DNA of 64,000 nucleotides. It comes from Perkinsela sp. CCAP 1560/9 (taxonomy: Eukaryota > Protista > Euglenozoa: Kinetoplastea). The stretch's first letter is position 1; each line of letters starts with the position of its first letter. The notes under the pieces were generated by a model that was not told the DNA's origin, ran no database searches, and saw only the letters and a program-made list of their open reading frames with translations. The stretch is taken from positions 372,001 to 436,000 of the forward strand of contig CBFFSA010000005.1 in assembly GCA_965644495.1 (NCBI GenBank), written 5' to 3'. Positions 1-10,100 of this stretch are shown here, in pieces. The position numbers were made by a program, and so were the translations under genes.

Positions 1-1
1 T

Positions 2-1000
2 ATAAATGCAAAATATCTGAGCTTTTGCTTAACAGAGTTCAATTATCAAAGTGACAAAGCAATACAGAAGATTGTAAGTGATGCGTGCTTTACTTGTTAT
101 AAAAAGTGGCTTTTCGACGAACAGGTGCGCCAGCACTTCTTTTCTATATTAGCCAAGTCTCGGAAAGGATTTGCAGCGTCTACGAGTAGCGGCCAGGCGG
201 CGGAAGAGAGCACTGATGCAGCGAAATCTAATACGTGGGAGAAAAGAGGACGTACCGCTATGTTGGAAGAATGGGAAACCAAATTGTCAGCATCCGTTGC
301 ATCTTATTCTGAAGTACCTAATGCGGAAGTGGATGTCTCCTCTAGTATAGAGTTGGGAACTGCATCGGAAGCTGCTGATGATAACGAACAAGAGCCAAAA
401 AACAAAGAATTCTCTAGGACAGCACAATTAAAGGAAGCAGAATGCAGCGTTATGCTTGGAGGACGCAGCGAAATATGGCGCGAACACGATACCCACAGCG
501 CAAGTAGTGAAATAGATACTTCGCAAGAATCTTTACCAAAGCGAAGGTTGACCCGTCGCCCAACTCAGCATCGCGCAGCCACCATTAAGCCTAGAAGTAT
601 TTCCGTTGATCCTAGCTTGGCGCTCCCCTTTCCGAGGAGGGAAACCAACTTTCGAAGTGCAGAGAAAAATGTAAAAAAAAGTATAAAGTCTCGTAAAGGG
701 CGAAGAAGCTATTTTTCGTCATCTAGTGATCATGAAACTGAGTCCTCTCATGCGCACGAGTCGAATCCTGCATTGCCTAACGTTTCATCTCCTAAATCGT
801 CACCAAATCCTATGCGGCGTAGTGCACGGATTGCCGCTCGTAGTGCGAAGACAACTGGACATTTGTCTTCAACATCTGATGAGTCCGAATCACTAACATC
901 AGAATGTCAGTCTGAAAGCAGTTGTACAACTCGTATGACTCCTAGAAGAGTGAACAAAAAGCGCACCAGTTGGTCCAGCAAGAAACGCCGCAAGCGGTAA
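2..1000 (+). CDS. NCAPD2: Condensin complex subunit 1 (CAP-D2/Cnd1), 3' part; ORF runs off the left edge
   Basis: The frame of ORF 125..1000 is open back to base 2. It reads AKYLSFCLTEFNYQSDKAIQKIVSDACFTCYKKWLFDEQVRQHFFSILAKSRK...AMLEEWETKL, resembling the CAP-D2 C-terminal segment (LAYCxSxL...ERxxxK...F...L.D..I...F..I..K...IDEFEQKL), then a basic/Ser-rich tail. Confidence 0.6.
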   Translation: MNAKYLSFCLTEFNYQSDKAIQKIVSDACFTCYKKWLFDEQVRQHFFSILAKSRKGFAASTSSGQAAEESTDAAKSNTWEKRGRTAMLEEWETKLSASVASYSEVPNAEVDVSSSIELGTASEAADDNEQEPKNKEFSRTAQLKEAECSVMLGGRSEIWREHDTHSASSEIDTSQESLPKRRLTRRPTQHRAATIKPRSISVDPSLALPFPRRETNFRSAEKNVKKSIKSRKGRRSYFSSSSDHETESSHAHESNPALPNVSSPKSSPNPMRRSARIAARSAKTTGHLSSTSDESESLTSECQSESSCTTRMTPRRVNKKRTSWSSKKRRKR

Positions 1001-1387
1001 GGCACTTCCCAAAATGTGCTGGACAATAGAAAATAATGATTTTTAGTAGCTTGTAAACTTTTAGTTTTGTGCATATTTTATTGAAAATGTCACCATCACA
1101 TAACATAGATTTCTAAATTAGTTGACCTCAAAATTAAGTGCATTTCATTTTGTTACACTTACACCAAGTTTCTTTCTGAATGTGTGCGTCTGCGAATGAA
1201 CAAGATCTATTCATCCGCAAATTAATTCATTCACCCGCGAATTAGCAAACATATTTAGTCTATCTGGATCTTACAAGCATTTATCTAGGTTTGTCTAAGA
1301 TGGATTTTTATCTATTGGTATTTATTTAGAAGCGGATACTCAATAAATATATCCTCTATAGAGTTAGTAAATTATTTATATCATCGA

Positions 1388-2197
1388 ATGAACACGATTG
1401 TAGTTTTAGTGACAACTTTTTTTGCTGTCAAAGATTGCAGTTGTAGCGACGAACCACTGGAAGTTCGTCGAGGAAAGGTAAACCGGGAGTGCCTTTCTCA
1501 AGATACACTGATGTGGCAACTTACGGAGCAACTGGTTGTTCGTCATGCTTCTTGGATTTTATTTAAAAACAGTTTTATTGGTGGTCTGTTGAAAACTCCA
1601 AGAAAACCAGTTTCAGTGTGCACTTGGCAGGGTGTATTCTGCGACAAAGAGATGAATGTAGTTAGCATTGATTGGAGAGCTGAGTTACTGCGGTTTTCTC
1701 TGAAAGGGAACATTAGTTTTCCAGACCTTCCTAGGCATCTAGATAAGCTTGTTGTCACTGATCACGTTGCTCTTACGGGTGAAATTCCTACGCGTTCGCT
1801 ACCATCTTCTCTTCGACACATAAACACATACCATAATATATTTTTTGGTTCTTTGCAGCTTTCCACACTTCCCGAAGGCCTGGAAATTCTTAACGGAAAT
1901 CACAATCGCTTTTCCGGCCATCTTGATCTTTGTCATTTACCTCATACAATTCGTCGCATTTTGCTTAATCATAACCGATTTTCAGGTACCATTACTGTTG
2001 ATGCACTGCCTCCCCGGATTGAGCTATTGTGGCTTCATGCGAACTTGATTGCGGGAACAGTGGACCTATCTCCTCTACAGAGCGATCAGCTAAAGGACAT
2101 AAATCTCCGCTTGGGACAAAATCCCTTAAAAATTCTTGAAGGATCCATTAGCAGTGATGCACTGGAAAAAATACTACGAGGGAGCCAAGTTTTTTAA
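1388..2197 (+). CDS. Short leucine-rich repeat protein (plant-type LRRNT + LPxxL..NxFSG repeats)
   Basis: CTWQGVFCD cap; repeats such as LPEGLEILNGNHNRFSGHLDL and LPHTIRRILLNHNRFSGTI; hydrophobic N-terminus. Confidence 0.85.
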   Translation: MNTIVVLVTTFFAVKDCSCSDEPLEVRRGKVNRECLSQDTLMWQLTEQLVVRHASWILFKNSFIGGLLKTPRKPVSVCTWQGVFCDKEMNVVSIDWRAELLRFSLKGNISFPDLPRHLDKLVVTDHVALTGEIPTRSLPSSLRHINTYHNIFFGSLQLSTLPEGLEILNGNHNRFSGHLDLCHLPHTIRRILLNHNRFSGTITVDALPPRIELLWLHANLIAGTVDLSPLQSDQLKDINLRLGQNPLKILEGSISSDALEKILRGSQVF

Positions 2198-2788
2198 TCT
2201 TTTGGTTTTTTAAATGTGCGCATCATTTCAATATACTGGGCGTTTTTTCGGGCAGCGCGAATACGTGAGACGATCGAAAAGATTATAAAAACCGCACAGT
2301 CATAAAGGCAGACATCGTCAAGTTATTGCAGATCTGAAATGAAAATCATATTAGTACATGTAGGAGTACATGTAAAAGAAACATGTAAAAAAGAAGTCAT
2401 GGTAGGCCGAGAAAACATACTAAAAAAATAAAGAAGAACGAAAATGACATGCAAAACTTTTTGCATAGGTATCCATAGGCCCCAGTTAAGGGCTCATTTT
2501 ATACAGTCAGCAAAAAAACCGTTCGAATGTTTCGATTTCTTTTTCTTTTGTATGGAGCCATTGATTAAATATCACCGTTGCGCTGGTAATGTGTGCTAGT
2601 AGTGTAGGCATGAGTGTCACCTAATAGTACCCGTAGATAGTTCACCTCAGTTCGCTCTACCAAAGAAATAAGAATGAATATAAAAAAGTTTAGCATTCGA
2701 AAGGTTTTTTTGCTACCTATTATAGAGAAAATCTTGTCCCAAAAAATAGATGAAACGTAATGGCCCAAGAGAGATTATGCCCGTAAAA

Positions 2789-3459
2789 TTAGTATTTAGT
2801 ATTCCCCCCACGAGCCTTCAGCACTGCCATCATACGGCAGGCATACTGTCCACCTGGGCACGACATACGGAGGGTGGTATGTTCGCCCATTCCATTTTTA
2901 CCCTCTCCCACAACTCTCGGACCCCGCTTGGTGGATCATCGTGCGCTACAAGGCACCGCTTGAGTTCCCCCCAAACGTTTTCGATTGGATTTAAGTCAGG
3001 GGACTGCGGGGGCCACCGCAGGACTTCAATCCAGGTGCCCCGAAGGTGCCGTTGCGCACAATGGCCTGTGTGCTTGGGGTCATTATCTTGTTGGAAGATG
3101 ACCTTTGGGGGGTCTAGACCCATAGTTTCGATGGAGGGGGGAAAGATTCTCTTCAAGAATCTCGACGTACTGCGTGGCATTCAGGTTCCCTTGAACTAGA
3201 CGCACATGCCCCACACCGCTTCGAGACATGCACGCCCAAATCATGATGTGCCCCCCTCCGTACTTCACCGTGGGAATTACTCCTTTTTCACCCAGTTCCT
3301 CCCCCGGGGTCCCCCATGTCCAAAGACTTCCCCCCGTTTCAAAGCGCGAGATCTTCGTCTCGTCCGACCACACAACTGGAGCCCAGTCGTGCACTGTCCA
3401 GTGCTCATGGGCCGTGGCTTGCGGACACGCTTTCTACCTTTGTGTCCGAAGCGGTGCAT
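2789..3459 (-). pseudogene. Tc1-family DD34E transposase, frameshifted and 5'-truncated
   Basis: WSDETK, TVKYGGGHIMIWACM, FQQDNDPKH and WPPQSPDLNPIENVW, with 34 residues between D2 and E. The C-terminus MPARMMAVLKARGGNTKY* is recovered after a 1-nt shift near 2835. Further shifts lie at the G-run near 3136-3141 and near 3395. Confidence 0.9.
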
Positions 3460-4182
3460 CGAAACTAGATGGATAGACTGGTGTGGGCCTCATATAAAAG
3501 CTCAAAGTGCTTTTACAGCTCAAAATGCTTTTATAGCTTGAAAAATGAATACGTCTGCATATAGTGCACTTTTTTCTTTCAGTTTTCGAAGCTACCTTCG
3601 CACTTAATGAAGAGAACTGAAGAAATGAGATGAAAAGAACTGAAGAAGCCCCCTAAATGTGGGGCTGCGCGTCGAGGTTTCTGTGAGGTTTCGGTACATT
3701 TTCGCCTATGGAAGGGTAACTTCCTCTAAAGTTTACAGTAACTTTTGTATACACGCTGTGTATTGTGTAGTGTATACACGCTTTCAATGATGATACGCAA
3801 TCCGACGATGACCTTTCTACCTCGACCATGATTACATTTTTCATGTCTGATATATCTGTTTTTGTTGAAGTAATTATAGCATAATAGAATTATGTCTTTG
3901 AGCAGGATTTATCTGGAAACGGGAAAATGGACGATGTTCATCACCTCCAGGAGAAAATAAATACAATAACGTAGAAAAGGGAAATAGAAACAGTCCCTTC
4001 GGATGCTCCTTTGTTTATTGAATGTAGTATATTCAATGCACTACTGTTCTACGGCACTGTACTATATCATCAACTATACTCATAGTAGTCATTGCGGTGG
4101 TTGTATAACTACCGCTCTACCCTCGATTATTGAAAAAAAAGTGAACAAAAACAGTGAAAATATAAAGAGGAACACAGTAATA

Positions 4183-5454
4183 AACCCCGCGTCATGAAAA
4201 GTGACCCCCCACTTTTTTTTCGTACAAGTGTCCGTTTGAGCTGATTTTTGTTGCATTTTGCAGATCTCAACACAAAGACTTTGCGCGAGAAGGAATGAAA
4301 CTAAAAGAAGCGAATACGTATATTTAATTGAGGAATTACCATTTTTTCACTTTTTCGCCTTTCAATCTTATACACTCCTTAAGGCGTGAGTCAAAGCTTC
4401 AGACCGTTTTGTCGATCACATTTTGAGACAAGCGAGACCACGCTTTGCGTACACATCGGATGAGTGAAGGCTTATCCGATGGGGTCTGTTCGTCCACCGC
4501 CCCTTGGACCATAGACCAGACGTTTTCTATTGGGGAAAGATCTGGTGAGTTGGGGGGCCAATTTTTCAGAAGTTCACTCATTGCGCTTTCAACGTACTCC
4601 TTTGAGGCACGAGCAGTGTGTGCCGTTGCCCCATCTTGCTGAAAAATACGATTAGGGGGGAAATCTACCTCTTTTAATGTTTCTATGTACGTCTCACTTG
4701 TAATAGATGTGTCATTTTGTAGAATTACCAAGTACCTCCACCCCACCCCTACAGCACCCCAAACTTGGCATCTTGGTGCCCAACGTACTTTTTGACGCGG
4801 GGCTGCTTTTTGACCGCGCCTTACCCACATTTTTCTTCTGCCATCATTCGTATCAAATATTTTTTCGTCTGTAATGATGACACGGGAAGTATCCATATTG
4901 TAATTCAACGCAAATTGAACTCTTTTTACTTTTTGTCGTTCGGTAAGCCCTTGGCATAGAGGTCGAGCGGCTTCAATTGGGCTGCTATGCGCCTTGATGA
5001 ATTGAGTCTCGGTACTCCAGCGGGGTCAAGAGGGGTTATTATCTTCTCAATTTTCGTTTTACGAGTTTTCATTATTTTTTTTCGCTCAGGACTCAAAGTG
5101 TATACTGGGGTAGTTTTTCTTTCGTTCAAATATTTTTTAACTATCCTTCTAGAAACGTTGAAATCACGGGCTAGCTCTTTTATTGGTACTCCTTGTCCGT
5201 GCCTCATCTTTAAAAGAACCTTTCCACTAGAAGTCAGCCCCCCTCTTGGGAGTCGATATGGTGATTTTGGCATTTTTGAAAAAAAAGTTGAAAAAATTAA
5301 TTTTTTTTTTTACTGAATTTTAAAGTTTTAAAATGAGCTAAAAACAGCGGGAACGTACAGATCTCAAAATTTTGAACGACAACGTGGTATGATAACCCCC
5401 CCACGACCACCTGTGCTAAAAATAAGGGTGGTCACTTATTGGTGACGCGGGGTT
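4183..5454 (-). mobile_element. Tc1/mariner-superfamily element (DD35E), 1272 bp, TIRs about 28 bp, TA target duplication
   Basis: TA|AACCCCGCGTCATGAAAAGTGACCCCCC ... GGGTGGTCACTTATTGGTGACGCGGGGTT|TA. Uninterrupted host sequence CACAGTAA-TA-TAATAGAAG occurs at about 47668 and 49417. Confidence 0.92.
4336..5273 (-). pseudogene. DD35E transposase of the 4183..5454 element (frameshift/deletion plus premature TGA)
   Basis: N-terminal HTH IKELARDFNVSRRIVKKYL; linker LTERQKVKRVQFA; IITDEKIF, FQQDGATAH and WPPNSPDLSPIENVW (35 residues D2 to E). The in-frame TGA at 4399 is followed by SFDSRLKECIRLKGEKVKKW*. Confidence 0.88.
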
Positions 5455-6176
5455 TATAATAGAAGAAAAATTTATAAAAGGGGGCTCCGGTGGTCCAAAA
5501 TTGAAAAAAAAATTGAAAAAAATGGGGGGTCCAGGGGGGTGTCATGGTCAAGCAAATTTTTTTGAAAAAATTATTTTTCGAAAAAAAAACCGCAGAAGGG
5601 GTAGTCAAAAAATTAGTTTTCGAAAAGAAACCGCAGAAGGGGTAGCCGGGGTCTTGGCGCGCATTTTCCACCCCCCTACCCGGGGGTGACCCCCCCGCGT
5701 ATCCGCAGGACGGGTCCGCCAAGTTCGGATTTTTTCGGAATTTTTTTTTAAAAAAGAAGTTCAACTTGGCGAAAAGAATTGCAAAAAAAACAATCCAAAA
5801 TCGTTTCCCCTATTGTATTTTGAGAGTTTGAGACCTGTACTAGCTTTCTCTGCAGTTGTTTTCGCAAGATATCCCTTCTTCGAGCCGTGGTACGCCCCTC
5901 AAAATGACCCATTTTTGACTAAAAAAGGCGAAAAAGTATTTTTCGGACCCCAAGGGGCCTTTTTGTGTCGAAAGAATGGTGTGGTTGGAGTCGTATTCTC
6001 TACCCAATACGTTCGGTAGGCTTTTATTCATGCCTACGAGTAATTTCCCACGCGCAAATGTCGGATTTAGTGTTCTGAGAGCAGAAATACCTAAAATTAG
6101 CCCCACTTTTGCCTGAAAATGGGCTATTTTTGGCTATGATCTTTCCGTTTTGTCGAGCTTTCCAGGTCAATTTTCT

Positions 6177-6283
6177 TTTTTAGGCTCTTCGTTAAACGCG
6201 GTGGTAGTTTTCAACGCGAAGCGCGCAGCATGAGTGACTGCTAAGTTGAAAACAACCACCGCGTTTAACGAAGAGTCTAAAAA
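6177..6283. repeat. 107-nt palindrome (39-bp stem, 29-nt loop starting GCGAAGC)
   Basis: TTTTTAGGCTCTTCGTTAAACGCGGTGGTAGTTTTCAAC / GTTGAAAACAACCACCGCGTTTAACGAAGAGTCTAAAAA. Confidence 0.95.
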
Positions 6284-6484
6284 GTTCTGGCGTACCATAG
6301 TGGTCCTTCTTTAACAGTAATTTTTATCAGTAACTCTTTATTACTAGTTGTATAAATAACTAGAAGAATTGCGAATCACTGTATTTTTCTTCGCGAACGT
6401 AGTTTCTCTATCGCAACAACTATGAGCTGCTATAATAGAGAAACTGGGTTACGCAATGCGTGTAATTTCTTAGAGGAACTTTAA

Positions 6485-6716
6485 ATTTCTTACCTATATC
6501 TCACTCGGTCTATAATCAACTAATTTACTACTAAACCTTTGATACAGCTTTTGTTGCTTGTAATCTATTAGGTCAGCTTCTAATGATGAGAAACCTTGAA
6601 TCTCTTTTGATAGTTTACATGACACTCATAACAGGTAACCCCGTGACTGATACCTCAATTTTTCAGTGTAAATAGGGATTGGTGCTTCGTATCAGGAATT
6701 GTTTCTTTGCAACTAA
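6485..6716. repeat. About 230-bp dispersed repeat, copy 1 (copy 2 at 20603..20832)
   Basis: Directly alignable, e.g. CTCACTCGGTCTATA..., CAGCTTCTAATGATGAGAAACC, ACAGGTAACCCCGTGACTGA and GTGCTTCGTATCAGGAA. Confidence 0.9.
6583..6650 (+). ncRNA. Candidate box C/D snoRNA inside the 230-bp repeat
   Basis: ATGATGA ... CTGA spanning 68 nt, identical spacing in the second copy (20700..20767); no rRNA target identified. Confidence 0.25.
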
Positions 6717-6994
6717 CGCATCTCATGAACATACATATTCATTGGACTTCAAAATACCGGGTAATCACTAAGCATCTACATGATTTTATAACATTCGTTA
6801 ATAGTTTACTTTTTTAAGCTTGTTTTTAAGCATATTGTTAGCAGGAAGCTTGTTTATTTATGAATAGAACTCGACATGCATAACTTAGAATTGTTAATAA
6901 TAATTTAACTAGAATTTAATAAATAGTTTGTTTCGTAAATCCTTCACCTTTACGGACTCTATACAATAATTTCTTTCCTTTTTTATAGAATAGC

Positions 6995-8659
6995 ATGGTC
7001 AAGCACAGTAAACTTGCAGTTTTTGCCGGTGTTATTGCAGGAAGCGGATTGGCGTACTGGGTCTGGAGAAGAATTCGTCGAACTCGGAACGCGGACGTTG
7101 ACGTGATACATTTTCAAAAAGTTTCTACTTTGGACATTCCAAAAAAAACAAATAATGAAAATGTGGGAAAGAAAGCTGAAAAATCTGAATTCAAAGTTTC
7201 ACCAGTGTCCGGGAGCGATCGAATAGAAAGCACACTTGCTCATCAAAGTCGTGAAGGCGTGTTTGTGTATGATCATTTGGGAGCTGTTTTGCGGCTGCCT
7301 CCGTCATGGAAAGTAGCTGAGGATGTTTCCCCTGTCCCTAATGTGGCAATGATTACATTGAAACACACAGATCATATTTCAAACGACACCCCAGGAGCAG
7401 CGCCAATAGTTGTTTTGAGCGTGGAAGACACGAGTCTTGTAGGTCAAGACTTACATGAATTTAAAGAAACGAGTAAGGCAAACGCAATGCAACAAATGTA
7501 TGCAATGACACAAGGAATGGTCCCACCTCAAGTCGTGTTTGATGGGCCAGAAAACAACGGGCCATTTAAAATGACTCTTCAGTACAATATGATGGCACCT
7601 TTTATGCAAATGAAAGTTGTAAATTTTTTGACATTGGAGAATGACTTGGCGTACGTGCTTCAGTTCATGGGAAGTCCTGATGTGTACGAAAAGTATGAGA
7701 AGGACGTACGTGACATTGCTCGACAATTTCAAATAAATAAACTACCGTATACAGGGCCGTCGAGTTCTACTATTGTCTCAAGCTCAAGTGGGGCATTTAC
7801 AATATCTCTCCCTGTATCATGGATACTATTGTCCATTGCAAAATCACCAACTGAGCTACTAGAGGCGGAAACACCGTCACCAAATAAGACTGAAAGAGTC
7901 GAGCTTCTAAAACCAGCGGACGGAGGCATGTGGTCACAGGAAAAGCTTCTTCACATTGCGAAAGAGAATCGTGGAACGTCCTTCTCAATGACTCAAAAAG
8001 ATGATATACTAACTGCAACGTACAAAAATGTCGGAGGTCACCATGTGTGTCTCATTGCCACTGGTGCTTTTTGTTTAAGGGTTTCTCCGCTAAAATCTAA
8101 AAAGTCCATATTAAAGGAGTCAGAACTGGAGAAAATAGTACGAAGCATCACTTCCAGTGCTACACACGACGAGATCACTTATCACAATCGTCGAAACCGA
8201 TACAGATTTTCTGTGAAACTTAAGAGCCGTCTTGTTGAGTCTCGAATTGGGGACAATGCGATCACAATGGCGCCGGAGGGAATGGAACCCGGAAGCGCTG
8301 CAACCGAGGCTACTCCTATTTTTACCGTACGGTGTGGTGATCCTTCTAGCGACAAAGATTGTGAGCCTACATTAGAGCAGTGGCTGGATCGACTCCAGCA
8401 AGAAGCAGCTCGATCAGAGGTTAGAATTTCAGATCTAAAAATGGATAAGCTCTGTGGACATGACTGTGTAACGTTCTCACAGCAAGAGGCGCAGGAGATA
8501 GGAAGCGGTTCCAAGGAGGAGCATCAAGCACGGATAGTTGTCTTTGTGGAGGACGGAAAAACTTACATGCTCCGGTGGGAAACTCCTTCATTAGTATGGA
8601 GCAAGTTTGAGGGCAAATTCCAAGATCTCTTAAGCACGTTTCACATAGTCAGCGCTTAG
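6995..8659 (+). CDS. Signal-anchored hypothetical protein with repeated PsbP/Mog1/DcrB-like segments
   Basis: N-terminal TM LAVFAGVIAGSGLAYWVW followed by a basic stretch; repeated motifs DHLGAVLRLPPSWKV, GAFTISLPVSW and YHNRRNRYRFSV, ending F..LL.TF. Confidence 0.6.
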   Translation: MVKHSKLAVFAGVIAGSGLAYWVWRRIRRTRNADVDVIHFQKVSTLDIPKKTNNENVGKKAEKSEFKVSPVSGSDRIESTLAHQSREGVFVYDHLGAVLRLPPSWKVAEDVSPVPNVAMITLKHTDHISNDTPGAAPIVVLSVEDTSLVGQDLHEFKETSKANAMQQMYAMTQGMVPPQVVFDGPENNGPFKMTLQYNMMAPFMQMKVVNFLTLENDLAYVLQFMGSPDVYEKYEKDVRDIARQFQINKLPYTGPSSSTIVSSSSGAFTISLPVSWILLSIAKSPTELLEAETPSPNKTERVELLKPADGGMWSQEKLLHIAKENRGTSFSMTQKDDILTATYKNVGGHHVCLIATGAFCLRVSPLKSKKSILKESELEKIVRSITSSATHDEITYHNRRNRYRFSVKLKSRLVESRIGDNAITMAPEGMEPGSAATEATPIFTVRCGDPSSDKDCEPTLEQWLDRLQQEAARSEVRISDLKMDKLCGHDCVTFSQQEAQEIGSGSKEEHQARIVVFVEDGKTYMLRWETPSLVWSKFEGKFQDLLSTFHIVSA

Positions 8660-9233
8660 CTTTGTAACTGATATAAATTTCAAGGTAGGTAAAGATTTTA
8701 CTGTGTTTAACTAGTTAAACGAAGTGCATCTTTTCCGTTGCTTTGGGCGAGTCCTGTTTTAGTAAATGATCACGTTTCTAAGTGCTTGTCAAGTTTTTTA
8801 GTTCTTACGTACACACTAGATATGTAAACTTACTATGAGAACTACTAGTAAAAAAAACTAGTATCTGTTTCATTATTTTTTAATGGTACGTTTGACTCCA
8901 ATTTGGTCAGGATATTTTACGTTTTTTGCACATCAAAGCATGTTCCAGCCTACAAAGGTTTCTGAATGTAGAAAACGCATAAAAACTAGTGTAAAACTAT
9001 AAATAGAGAATATGGGAATTCTGTATGCTAGTATTGCACAATGCTATTATTGTATTTACTTACGGTACGCGGTACATTACTGTATGTAGTACTGTATGTG
9101 ATGTATTTAAACTAAATTTCTAAATCATGATGCAACTTTTCTTTATTCTGTGCACTGTTAGCTACAAAATTCTCCGTAAGTTTCCAGTGAAAGTTTATTT
9201 CAAAAAAAAGAAATTTTGAGAAGGCTTGAGTTT

Positions 9234-9947
9234 ATGTCTGAAATAGTCTTGCGAAAGAAGCTGTTTCGTCGTCAGGTGAATTATCTGCTGGCACAAGCGT
9301 CGATCAAAGATTTGAATACTCAAAGTGAACACATTGCCACGCAACTTTTATCCTCTCTTTGGTGGAAAAAGTGTAGTACACTGGGGACGTATCTGAGCGT
9401 TCCATCACAATTTTCAACTCGGGAAGTTGATACCAGACATATCATACGAGAAGCACTCAAAGACGAATGTTGCAAAAAGGTGTATATAATTACCGAACCC
9501 CGTACCCAACAGGTGAACGTGGAAGGAGGTCCGTCTCACTGTGAACAAAAAAGGACAGATCTTATGGTTTTTACCCGTGTGTCCTCCATGGAAGATTTAG
9601 ATGCTCTGTTTGAAGTTGGCAGAATGGGGTTCCCACAGTTGCGGTATCCGACAGAAAGTGGCGATTCACCAAGGGAGCTTGACTTGTTACTTGTTCCTGG
9701 CGTTGCGTTTACGAAGCAATGTGCCCGGTTGGGGAGAGGAAAAGGATGGTTTGATCGATTGCTTCGCACCCCAGGTACCACTTCCATCGAAGTTGCGATG
9801 GGTCTTGCGTTTACTTGTCAATTAGTAGCAGAAGATGATTTTCCCATGGAATCTCACGACGCCTTTCTTGATGCTGTAGTCACACCTTCAGGTAACTATG
9901 AAAGAGACCGCAGAACACAGTTTATACCCGAAAGCACTAGGGAATAG
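9234..9947 (+). CDS. MTHFS: 5-formyltetrahydrofolate cyclo-ligase
   Basis: LDLLLVPGVAFTKQCARLGRGKGWFDR and MESHDAFLDAVVT; first ATG at 9234. Confidence 0.9.
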   Translation: MSEIVLRKKLFRRQVNYLLAQASIKDLNTQSEHIATQLLSSLWWKKCSTLGTYLSVPSQFSTREVDTRHIIREALKDECCKKVYIITEPRTQQVNVEGGPSHCEQKRTDLMVFTRVSSMEDLDALFEVGRMGFPQLRYPTESGDSPRELDLLLVPGVAFTKQCARLGRGKGWFDRLLRTPGTTSIEVAMGLAFTCQLVAEDDFPMESHDAFLDAVVTPSGNYERDRRTQFIPESTRE

Positions 9948-10100
9948 AAAATAAGAAAATATTTTGTTAGGAAAAATGAATGATGCTGTCCTTTCTTTCT
10001 ATTAAACACACCCTGGAAATTTTATTTACATGTACACACACAAGACAGGTATAGCCTTCTTACACGTTTTAATTATTTAGACCTCAACATTGTCCTCGCA

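Larger units (their letters stand above)
4091..6283. mobile_element. Hairpin-terminated dispersed repeat, copy A (interrupted by the Tc1 element)
   Basis: Left end ATTGCGGTGGTTGTATAACTACCGCTCTACCCTCGATTATTG is shared with 43082, 47588 and 49339. The right-end 107-nt palindrome is shared with 43663 and 53260. Confidence 0.8.

Noticed and set aside
3130-3145. Programmed frameshift in the DD34E transposase
   Set aside because: The gene has other disruptions and lacks its 5' end, so decay or homopolymer error is simpler.
4399-4401. Stop-codon reassignment suggested by in-frame TGA/TAG in element ORFs
   Set aside because: Host genes are uninterrupted, use TGG for Trp and end in all three stops; interruptions are confined to relics.
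6216-6244. Parvovirus-like two-eared (Y-shaped) loop in the terminal palindrome
   Set aside because: The second ear (AGCA/TGCT) pairs only in copy A; the other two copies have TTCT.
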